From contig JAYEOM010000001.1 in the NCBI GenBank assembly GCA_034722955.1, positions 1,752 through 38,886 of the forward strand: a stretch of DNA of 37,135 bases. Direction: 5' to 3'. The notes under the pieces were generated by a model that did not search any database, had not been told where the DNA came from, and was given only the letters and a program-made list of their open reading frames with translations. Each line of letters starts with the position of its first letter. The stretch's first letter is position 1. The position numbers and the translations under genes are program-made. Of this stretch, positions 8,672 through 17,136 are shown one piece after another. Source of the DNA: Campylobacterota bacterium. GTDB lineage: Bacteria; Campylobacterota; Campylobacteria; Campylobacterales; Sulfurovaceae.

Positions 8672-10828
8672 TTATGCTTTTATATTAATATTTAAACACC
8701 CTAAAAGCTGTAGAGTGCTATCTCTCCAAGTTAACCATGAGATACTCTTTGACTCTGGATAGCTGCCTGAGTCATACAGTGAGATCCACTCTGCTATAGC
8801 CCTAAAAACTGTATCTGCATCAAGATCATCATCGAAGTAGAGAGCATGATCTTCGGCTATCTCTCTAAAGATTGGTATATCTCTGGCAATAACCGGCAGG
8901 TTATACTTGGCTGCCTCTATGATGGGTAGACCAAACCCCTCTGTCTCACTCGCTATGATGAGAGAGGAGCTTGCAGTATAAACCCTCTCTAGATACTCAT
9001 CACTGATACCCTCAAGCCAGATAAGATGCCCGTTTTGATCTGAAATATCTGCCAGCCGAACCAGTAGCTCATCTACCATCCACCCTCTCTTGCCCACTAT
9101 GACGAGATCGATATCGTAACCCTCTGCCCAGAGCTTCTCAAATGCTGACAAGACTTGACTATGACCCTTTCTAGGCTCAACTGTACCAACCATCAAAAAT
9201 GTCAATCTCTTCTGCATCTGAGCCAAGAGTCTATCTGCATCAGGGGTTAACTCCTCTGAACCTACACAACTCCCGATACCTGCACCTAGATGAAAAGAGG
9301 CTATCTCCGGTCTACTCTCTATCTCGGGGTAGTGATCATCGATATAGCCACCAAGCTCATCAGCCACACTCCTAGAGATACAGATAAGCCTATCTGAGTG
9401 TCTCATCAGACCATCGAGCCATGTCCGAAAATATCCATCCATACCCTCTGTAGTAAACTCAGGACGAAGCAGAGGTATGATATCGTAGATCAGATAGTTG
9501 ATCGATACACCACTCTCTCTATAGTGTTGCAGGGTCTCTTCGATCTGTGGAAATAGATGGGCACTAAGATCAAGACCGAGAAATATATCACCATCTTCTA
9601 CTACTACAGGCTGCTCATCAAGGCTGGATGATACTGCACTGTCACTGTTGAACTTTGATGTGTAGTGATACCCTTTTTCCATAGTTGCATAGATAGGCAG
9701 AACTCTATACCCCTCTATATCCAGCATAGATAGTTGGGATATAATGTTGTGGATTACACGCTGTATGCCTGTCTGGTTATCATCAAAATAGATCTGCGAT
9801 AGATCAACTAGAAGTTGTCTCTTCTGCTCTGTGACCTCCGGATCATCTCTGTGGGCTTGATCTCTCTTTAGTCTATGGATGATATCTTTGATCTGCCGCA
9901 GTGGTTTGGTTATCCTCCAAGAGCTGCTATCGACTATCAGCTGATAACTCTGCTGAACATCATCGGCTATCTTTTCGGCTTCTACCGCTTTCATGAGAGC
10001 CAAATCTATCTTTGACTCATACTCTACAGCTCTCAGATCAGCACTATATCGGGTATCATCGGCTACTGTTTGGGACTCTTCAACTCTCTTCAGTGCTATA
10101 TCCAGCTTTGACTCATACTCTGATGCTCTCATCTCTGCACTATATTGATTGATCGATATGAAGTCATCGAATGCATTGGGCGGATAACGAAAATATGCCA
10201 GCAGACTACTATGCTCTTTTGCGACATAGAACTTGTTGATACCGTCAAAGTAAGCCAAAAGATAGCTGTGGTCAAAGAGCATATACTCCCACTCTTGTGA
10301 TACATCGATATCTGTATTGGGTCGGGTCGCCTCTATCACTACGATCCAAGGTCTATACTGCTCAAAGGAGAAACTCTCAAGTACACTCTTCTCTGCCCCC
10401 TCAACATCGATCTTTAAAAAATGGATCTCCTCTACTTGGTTCTCTTCGCAAACCCTATCAAGCGATTTTGTCTTTATGCTCTTGATCTGGTAGTCATACC
10501 CATCTGCTCTATGCTCATCAGCAACAGATATATCATTGGTTGACCAGCCTCTAGTCTCAAAAACATAGAGCTTGATATCCTCTGTTTGGTTGCTGATGGC
10601 TACATCGAGATTGATATCACGATCTCTATCTAAAACCAGCAGGTTAAAAAATCTCTCTTCAGGTTCTATATTGATACCACTCCAGCCGTGATTGTAAAAT
10701 GCTTTTGTGACAGAGTCATCCATAGGGTGATTTGCCCCTACATCTATATAGTAACCATTTTTGATATCTCCTAATGCCCGCCATAACATAACATCTTCAA
10801 AGTTTTGTGCATAAGAGATAAAACTCAT
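8672..10828 (-). CDS. FkbM-family SAM methyltransferase fused via a coiled coil to a GT4 glycosyltransferase (putative glycan capping enzyme)
   Basis: N-terminus SYAQNFEDVMLWRAL...IDVGAN...LKIDVEGAE (FkbM/Methyltransf_21); linker ending SSSWRITKPLR; C-terminal GT4 with TGIQRV, YDIIP, GTVEPRKGH and EGFGLPIIE. Confidence 0.85.
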   Translation of the reverse strand: MSFISYAQNFEDVMLWRALGDIKNGYYIDVGANHPMDDSVTKAFYNHGWSGINIEPEERFFNLLVLDRDRDINLDVAISNQTEDIKLYVFETRGWSTNDISVADEHRADGYDYQIKSIKTKSLDRVCEENQVEEIHFLKIDVEGAEKSVLESFSFEQYRPWIVVIEATRPNTDIDVSQEWEYMLFDHSYLLAYFDGINKFYVAKEHSSLLAYFRYPPNAFDDFISINQYSAEMRASEYESKLDIALKRVEESQTVADDTRYSADLRAVEYESKIDLALMKAVEAEKIADDVQQSYQLIVDSSSWRITKPLRQIKDIIHRLKRDQAHRDDPEVTEQKRQLLVDLSQIYFDDNQTGIQRVIHNIISQLSMLDIEGYRVLPIYATMEKGYHYTSKFNSDSAVSSSLDEQPVVVEDGDIFLGLDLSAHLFPQIEETLQHYRESGVSINYLIYDIIPLLRPEFTTEGMDGYFRTWLDGLMRHSDRLICISRSVADELGGYIDDHYPEIESRPEIASFHLGAGIGSCVGSEELTPDADRLLAQMQKRLTFLMVGTVEPRKGHSQVLSAFEKLWAEGYDIDLVIVGKRGWMVDELLVRLADISDQNGHLIWLEGISDEYLERVYTASSSLIIASETEGFGLPIIEAAKYNLPVIARDIPIFREIAEDHALYFDDDLDADTVFRAIAEWISLYDSGSYPESKSISWLTWRDSTLQLLGCLNINIKA

Positions 10829-12048
10829 AATTTCTCTACCTTTATATCCGGCTCTATCCAGAGAGATCCGTCAAATTGGCTCTTGTCTATATTGATAACA
10901 TTGAAAACCAGTGCCAGATCACGCCACTCATAGTTCGCAGTCAAGTGCGTATCACGATCTACTAGTGCTGTCTGAATAGAGTAGCTTCCTACTCCAAGAT
11001 TGGCAGGGAAAGAGAGTACAAACTCATATATATCCCCTGCCGATACATGATCTAGTGCTTGATCTGTATGCCAAGTATTGGTACCATACATCACTTGACC
11101 CAAGCGATCTTTGATGCCATACCCAAGTACTAGAGACTCTATATCTCGATCTACCTTCACTCTGATGCGCAACTCGACCTCTTCACCTACACCGACAAAC
11201 TCTGCCATCTCACCCTTGGAGTTGTAGAGAGCTATCTCATCAACTATCGCTTCTCCTGTACCGGAGGTGGTCTCTACTTTTCCATCCTCTTTCTCCACCT
11301 GCTCTATTTTGCTATTCTCTTTTTCAGCGATTAGTGCATTGTAAAAATCCATAACCTGTTCAGGGTTGCCATCCATAAGGATAGCCCCCTTCTCTATCAA
11401 GATAGCTCTATTGCAGATCGCTTGAATCGCTCCACGATCATGTGAAACGATCAGTAGAGTAGTCCCCTGCTCCTGAAACTCTCTGATACGACTGAAACTT
11501 TTGTGCTGAAAGTAAGCATCTCCGACAGAGAGAGCTTCATCTATGATAAGTATCTCCGGTCTATAGGCTGTCACAACGCCAAATGCCACACGCACCTGCA
11601 TTCCGCTAGAGTATGTTCTGGTAGGTTGATCAAAATACTCACCTATCTCGGCAAAAGCTTCGATCTCATCCATAACATCATCTACCTGCTCTTTGGTAAA
11701 CCCCATCAATCCAGCCGAATGATAGACATTTTCCCGTCCAGTCAGATCAGGATGAAATCCCATACCAAGCTCTAGTATGGCTGAGATACGCCCATCAACT
11801 GTGACACTACCCTCCGATGGACGAAGTGTCCCTGTTATGATCTTGAGCAGTGTACTTTTGCCAGCTCCATTTTGACCTATGATCCCGACTGCTTCACCAT
11901 CTGATATAGTGAAATTTATTTTTTTGAGTATATGATGCTCTTCTGTAGGCTTAAATGAGAGACCAAACCAAGAGAGTATCCGTTTCCACTCACTCCCATA
12001 GTCACGAAATGTTTTAGTGACATTACTGATCCTGAGGACACTTCTCAT
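10825..12048 (-). CDS. wzt: Polysaccharide ABC exporter ATP-binding subunit with C-terminal carbohydrate-binding domain
   Basis: Walker A GQNGAGKST, signature YSSGM, Walker B ILIIDEALSVGD, VSHD; about 150-aa Wzt_C extension. Confidence 0.93.
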   Translation of the reverse strand: MRSVLRISNVTKTFRDYGSEWKRILSWFGLSFKPTEEHHILKKINFTISDGEAVGIIGQNGAGKSTLLKIITGTLRPSEGSVTVDGRISAILELGMGFHPDLTGRENVYHSAGLMGFTKEQVDDVMDEIEAFAEIGEYFDQPTRTYSSGMQVRVAFGVVTAYRPEILIIDEALSVGDAYFQHKSFSRIREFQEQGTTLLIVSHDRGAIQAICNRAILIEKGAILMDGNPEQVMDFYNALIAEKENSKIEQVEKEDGKVETTSGTGEAIVDEIALYNSKGEMAEFVGVGEEVELRIRVKVDRDIESLVLGYGIKDRLGQVMYGTNTWHTDQALDHVSAGDIYEFVLSFPANLGVGSYSIQTALVDRDTHLTANYEWRDLALVFNVINIDKSQFDGSLWIEPDIKVEKL

Positions 12049-12839
12049 AGCACATCCGTCATATCTTCGTTGGCTCTCTTGAAGAGATAGAGTGCGAGTA
12101 TCAGCGTCACTATACCAACGATAGATGGGTAGATCAGAAGTCCGAAATCGGGTGCCTTGTCGTAGACCAATATGTTATGATACCCCTCGATGACTCCTGC
12201 CATTGGATTTATGAAAAATAGATGGTGGTACTCTTCCGGCACGATGGATAGTGTATATACCACCGGTGTCAGCCAAAACCAAAACTGAAGTACAATAGAC
12301 ATCACTTGACCTACATCACGGATAAATACATTGATCACACCTAGCGTCAACCCAATCCCAACTGCTAGAGCCAGTGTAACCAAGATCAGAAGAGGGAGCC
12401 AAATAATCGCATGGAGTGCTACATGACCCAAAAAAGCAAAAACGACAAACATTGCCAACAGAAGTAGTAGAAAATTGACCATACCATTACCTATCACGAT
12501 CAGTGGCAGAGTCAACTTTGGAAAAGCCATCTTTTTCAAAAGGTTAGCATTGGAGATAAAGACATCTATAGATGCACCCACTATCTCAGAAAAGAGTGTC
12601 CACCCTACCATACCTGCCATCAGATAGATAGCATAGGCGTATTGACTTTCGATCCCTGGAAGTTTTGCTTTGAGTATATTGGAGAGGATCAATGCATAGA
12701 TGAGTACTTGAGCTAGAGGATGGAGTATCATCCAGAGTCCTCCTAGCTTGCTCCGTGCAAAACGAGATTTGAAATTTGTCTGTATCGATGAGAGTATGAA
12801 GTATCGATAGGCCCAGATAGAGTGAATAGTTTTCCTCAT
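12045..12839 (-). CDS. wzm: Polysaccharide ABC exporter permease
   Basis: ABC-2 permease motifs SKLGGLWMILHPL, RDVGQV, WLTPVVY and INPM; directly upstream of wzt with an ATGA overlap. Confidence 0.93.
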   Translation of the reverse strand: MRKTIHSIWAYRYFILSSIQTNFKSRFARSKLGGLWMILHPLAQVLIYALILSNILKAKLPGIESQYAYAIYLMAGMVGWTLFSEIVGASIDVFISNANLLKKMAFPKLTLPLIVIGNGMVNFLLLLLAMFVVFAFLGHVALHAIIWLPLLILVTLALAVGIGLTLGVINVFIRDVGQVMSIVLQFWFWLTPVVYTLSIVPEEYHHLFFINPMAGVIEGYHNILVYDKAPDFGLLIYPSIVGIVTLILALYLFKRANEDMTDVL

Positions 12840-14222
12840 TTAGACTCGCTTGAAGTCATCTTCTACGCGGATAATATCATCTTCTCCCAGATAAGAGCCA
12901 ACTTGTGCTTCGATCAGGACAACATCGACCTTTCCGGGATTTTCCAGACGATGAAGCTCACCCATAGGAATATAGGTAGACTCATTTGGACGAACCAACA
13001 CCTCATCCTCTCCTACTCTCACCAGTGCAGTACCACTCACAACAATCCAGTGTTCACTGCGGTGAAAATGCTTTTGCAGAGAGAGTCTTTTGCCGGGTTT
13101 TACTACGATTCGTTTGATTTTATAGTTGGGGCTATCCTCTAGTACAGTATAAGTCCCCCATGGGCGATGTGCCGTGAGATGTATATGGTGGAGTTCTGTC
13201 TCACGCCCTTTCAGCTCTGCTACTATCTGTTTGATCTTTTGTGAATTGCCTTTTTTTGTCACCAGCAGAGCATCTGCCGTATCAACAACAATGAGATCAT
13301 CAACACCTGCTATAGTCACCATCCTGCCACTCGAATAGACAAAGTTATCTTTTGCATCCAGAGCGATGAGGTTGTCATCTATACTATTGCCATCTTCATC
13401 ATTGTCAAACTCTTTTGCCAAAGCATCAAAGCTGCCCAGATCACTCCAACCTATACTGCTAGATACAACTTTGACACGATCACTCCTCTCCATGACAGCA
13501 TAATCTATACTATCTTCAGGGATCTGCTCCATATCTTCATGGGTGACACGGATCATAGTATCTTTAATCGATCTCTCAAATGCATCACTTGATGCAGTAA
13601 AGATCTCAGGAGCGTACTTTTTTAACTCTTCGAGAAAAACACCAGCTTTGAAACAGAACATTCCACTATTCCAGTAGTAGTTGCCGGCATCGACATAGGA
13701 TTGAGCTCTCTTGAGATCTGGTTTCTCTTTGAATGCTATGACATCTTGACCCTCCGCCTCAATATATCCAAAACCTGTATCTGCAAATTCTGGAGTGATG
13801 CCAAAGGTGACTAGATAATCCTGAGATGCCAATGCCTCTGCTTGCCCGATAACATCACTATATGCCTCTTTATCTTTGATGAGATGATCAGAGGGTGTGA
13901 CCAATACTAACTCTTGAGGATCTAGTGCCAAACAAGCCAGAGCTATTGCAGGAGCTGTATTGCGTCCTACAGGCTCTAGGAGAAATCGTCCATCTCTCCC
14001 CTCTGTATCAAATCCAAGCTCTTCCATCTGGTCTACAGCCAAAAAATACTGCTCCGCATTGGAGACGATCATCTCTTTTTTGCAACTCTCTTGATTTCGT
14101 TGAAGTGTAAGTTGAAATAGTGATTGGTCATCAAAGAGTTTGACAAACTGCTTTGGCATAAGTGTACGGCTGATCGGCCATAGCCGTGTACCGTTTCCAC
14201 CACATAAAATGATATTGGTCAT
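12840..14222 (-). CDS. manC: Mannose-1-phosphate guanylyltransferase / mannose-6-phosphate isomerase
   Basis: GGNGTRLWPISR..PKQF, LEPVGRNTAPA, SIDYAVME; C-terminal cupin RPWG...LSLQKHFHRSEHW. Confidence 0.96.
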   Translation of the reverse strand: MTNIILCGGNGTRLWPISRTLMPKQFVKLFDDQSLFQLTLQRNQESCKKEMIVSNAEQYFLAVDQMEELGFDTEGRDGRFLLEPVGRNTAPAIALACLALDPQELVLVTPSDHLIKDKEAYSDVIGQAEALASQDYLVTFGITPEFADTGFGYIEAEGQDVIAFKEKPDLKRAQSYVDAGNYYWNSGMFCFKAGVFLEELKKYAPEIFTASSDAFERSIKDTMIRVTHEDMEQIPEDSIDYAVMERSDRVKVVSSSIGWSDLGSFDALAKEFDNDEDGNSIDDNLIALDAKDNFVYSSGRMVTIAGVDDLIVVDTADALLVTKKGNSQKIKQIVAELKGRETELHHIHLTAHRPWGTYTVLEDSPNYKIKRIVVKPGKRLSLQKHFHRSEHWIVVSGTALVRVGEDEVLVRPNESTYIPMGELHRLENPGKVDVVLIEAQVGSYLGEDDIIRVEDDFKRV

Positions 14223-14255
14223 AGTTACCCTGCTTTCTAAAGTTAGATAGCCAAT

Positions 14256-14264
14256 ATTATACCA
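14256..14264 (-). promoter_or_regulatory. Extended -10 promoter (TGgTATAAT) upstream of manC
   Basis: attatacca on the + strand, about 35 bp upstream of the manC ATG in a 51-bp intergenic gap. Confidence 0.65.
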
Positions 14265-14273
14265 AAAAAGATT

Positions 14274-15176
14274 TTAGATATACTCTTTATTTTTCAGAAG
14301 ATAAGTTGAGAGATAAGCGAGAAGGTCTGCCACAATATTGATAAGCCGTATAAATAGAATAGAGAAGAGTATGATCTCGCTAGATATACCTGAGTGGACA
14401 AACTCAGCAATAGCTATAAATGCACCCTCTCTAACACCAATGCCTCCCGAAGCTCCGGGTGTCACAAATCCGACAAGCCAAGAGAAGACATATATCCCGG
14501 CAATCTGAAGAAATAGCCCTACTCCACCTATATCTATCTGAGAAAAGATGATAACCCCCATCATAACACCCTGCAACCCGATAGATGTAGTCAAGATAAA
14601 ATCCATCTCTATCTTTTTTACTTTGGGGAAAGATGGAAATAGGGTTAGACTCAATACGATAGATACTATAGCGATAAAAACCAAAAATAGCATCATCTCA
14701 GCAGATATACCGGTACCAAATATAGAAAAAATCGCACCTGATACTATCGTAGCTACTGCCAACAGCAGAGTAAACAGTCCTGATATCTTCATCATTTGAC
14801 TCTGACTAAGGTCGATCTTTTTTGCCAACAGCTGCCGTCCCACAAAGTGAAAGATATTTCCCGGAAGGTACTTGGCTATCTCTGTTTTTGCAAAAAAGTA
14901 ATAAGAGACTCTGTATGGAAACTCCCTTTTGGCATAGTGCAGCAGCATCATATGCCATACATAGATACCCATAATCATAGAGATAAGATTGAGGATCAAG
15001 AGAGGAGGAACTATATCTATAAGTAGAAAAAACTTTTCTCTGAAACTAGCTAGTGTGTACTCTTGGGATAGTTTATAAAACAGAAAGAGCATACCCAATA
15101 TACCCAGAGATTTTCCCAGAAAATAGGCTATCTTCTTTATACTGTTTTTATCTAATATGACTAAATACCTCATCAT
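14274..15176 (-). CDS. Flippase-like membrane protein (LPG-synthase TM / UPF0104 family)
   Basis: About 8 hydrophobic segments with motifs AKYLPGN and TPGASGGIGVREG typical of this family; start is more likely the Met-Met at 15176/15173 than 15200. Confidence 0.75.
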   Translation of the reverse strand: MMRYLVILDKNSIKKIAYFLGKSLGILGMLFLFYKLSQEYTLASFREKFFLLIDIVPPLLILNLISMIMGIYVWHMMLLHYAKREFPYRVSYYFFAKTEIAKYLPGNIFHFVGRQLLAKKIDLSQSQMMKISGLFTLLLAVATIVSGAIFSIFGTGISAEMMLFLVFIAIVSIVLSLTLFPSFPKVKKIEMDFILTTSIGLQGVMMGVIIFSQIDIGGVGLFLQIAGIYVFSWLVGFVTPGASGGIGVREGAFIAIAEFVHSGISSEIILFSILFIRLINIVADLLAYLSTYLLKNKEYI

Positions 15177-16206
15177 CCAAGATCTGCTCTGCTCTGGCAT
15201 TGCTCAGTTTTTCGATATATGACTTGGATGCATTCTCCCCTACAAGCTTCAGTAGAGCTTCATCGGACTTGATCTCGACAACTCTATCGGCCAAAGTTTG
15301 AGGAGAGTTGTCTTTGACATAAAATATATCTCTACTCTCTTCAAAAGCCTCTCTCATAGCATCTGTCTCCAGTGTCAAGTGTGGCTTTCCTACACGAAAG
15401 GAGTCATTTGTTTTGTTGAGTACGACACTGTTGGCTCTCTCTCCTGTGCTAAAGAGTCCTAGATTGATATCTGTAGCATTGTAGTAGTAGTTTAGCTCTT
15501 CAAGTGTCATAAATCCCTTGAACTCTACATTGGTCAAGGAGTACTCATCTGCCAACTCTCTACATCGTCTGTAGCTAGGCCCCTGACCTATCAACAAAAA
15601 GAGAACATCCTCCCCTCTCTCTTGGAGAATTTTGGCAGCTTCTATCACAACCTCTACCCCATGCAGAGGAATATAACTCCCCACATATAGTACTGTAAAG
15701 CTCTCTCTATATCTATCTACATCTTTTTTGATGACATCATCTTCATTGATAGTAAGTGGAACACGAACAAACTTCTCTCTATCTACACCATAGATCCCAC
15801 AGAGTGATGAGATAAGCTGATCTGTATCTACTATCACAAAATCTGCCTTTTGAAGTGATCTCTTCTCAATCCAAAATGTAAGCTTGCCTAAGAGACTATC
15901 TGGAGTATATAGTTTGCGATCATTACACATAACATCATAGATAGAGAGATAAAAATCAAAAACTATAGGTTTGCGGGTAAAAGGTCTCATCAAAACAACC
16001 AAAAAGTGTCCCATATAACTGACAAAATAGAAATCCCTGCCCCACATCTTGAAGGGGAGTCTTGAGAGGATACTTGGGATCCTGCTCGCATAACCCTTGC
16101 CTTTGGATATGCACTCACTATAGTCAAATCTCTCTGCTAATATTTTTCTATAAAATCTATTTCTAGCTATAGTCGGTCTGTCTGCACAAGTAAAGAGTAC
16201 TCTCAC
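15148..16206 (-). CDS. GT4 family glycosyltransferase
   Basis: GT-B features VLYVGSYIPLHGVEVVIEAA, LIGQG and DINLGLF...VVLNK. Confidence 0.85.
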   Translation of the reverse strand: MRVLFTCADRPTIARNRFYRKILAERFDYSECISKGKGYASRIPSILSRLPFKMWGRDFYFVSYMGHFLVVLMRPFTRKPIVFDFYLSIYDVMCNDRKLYTPDSLLGKLTFWIEKRSLQKADFVIVDTDQLISSLCGIYGVDREKFVRVPLTINEDDVIKKDVDRYRESFTVLYVGSYIPLHGVEVVIEAAKILQERGEDVLFLLIGQGPSYRRCRELADEYSLTNVEFKGFMTLEELNYYYNATDINLGLFSTGERANSVVLNKTNDSFRVGKPHLTLETDAMREAFEESRDIFYVKDNSPQTLADRVVEIKSDEALLKLVGENASKSYIEKLSNARAEQILDDEVFSHIR

Positions 16207-17129
16207 TGTAATCTTTCTAGTTTGATATCTTCTAAAAGTTTACGGTTGACAGAGAGCAGATCTGCTACAAAAGCGATGAGTCCTGTCTGAAAGCCCATAC
16301 CCATCAATACCCCTGCCAAGACAACAGACTGCATATGCCCCTCTCCATCTCCGGTAAAATAGAAGTATAAAAATCTCAAACCAAGCATAAATCCAAGACC
16401 AAAAAGAACCGCTGCTATACTCATAAAAAACTGAAATGATTTGTACACGACAGAGATACGAACGATAGTAACTACAGATTTTTTGATATAGTTTGGTATA
16501 CTTGAGAGGAGGCGGGATGGTCTCAGATCTTCATTGGTTCGGATAGGTACAGATGTGATAGCCATATTTTTTTGACCCGCTTGGATGATCGTCTCTAGTG
16601 TATATGTGTAGTTGTTATAGACATTGAGCTGCATAGCACACTCTCTGCTGATCGCACGAAAACCGCTAGGTGCATCAGGTATATCTGTATTACTCGCTTT
16701 TCTCACAACCCAAGAGCCCAATTTCTGTAAAAATTTCTTGGCAGGGGAGAAGTGTTCTGTCTGGCTGATCGGTCTAGCACCTATCACATACTCTGCGGTA
16801 TGATCCAGTATAGGTTGTGTCAGCTTGGGGATATCATCTGCTTCATATTGGTTATCTGCATCTGTGTTGACTATGACATCTGCACCCTGCTTTAGAGACT
16901 CTCTGATCCCTGCCATAAATCCTTTGGCTAATCCTCTGTTGTATTTGAAGTGAACGATATGATCTACACCGCACTCTTTGGCCACTTTGACAGTCTCATC
17001 TGTACTTCCATCATTGATGATAAGCCACTCTACCACATCGAAACCCTCTACCTCTCTAGGGAGTGCACCTAGTGCAATAGCCAGTGTCTCTGCCTCATTG
17101 TAACATGGAATTTGTATGATAAGTTTCAT
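16203..17129 (-). CDS. GT2 glycosyltransferase, polyprenol-phosphate-sugar synthase (DPM1/GtrB-like) with two C-terminal TM helices
   Basis: IPCYNE, INDGSTD, NTDADNQY (DxD), DAPSGFRA; two hydrophobic helices near the C-terminus. Confidence 0.88.
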   Translation of the reverse strand: MKLIIQIPCYNEAETLAIALGALPREVEGFDVVEWLIINDGSTDETVKVAKECGVDHIVHFKYNRGLAKGFMAGIRESLKQGADVIVNTDADNQYEADDIPKLTQPILDHTAEYVIGARPISQTEHFSPAKKFLQKLGSWVVRKASNTDIPDAPSGFRAISRECAMQLNVYNNYTYTLETIIQAGQKNMAITSVPIRTNEDLRPSRLLSSIPNYIKKSVVTIVRISVVYKSFQFFMSIAAVLFGLGFMLGLRFLYFYFTGDGEGHMQSVVLAGVLMGMGFQTGLIAFVADLLSVNRKLLEDIKLERLQ

Positions 17130-17136
17130 TTTTGCC

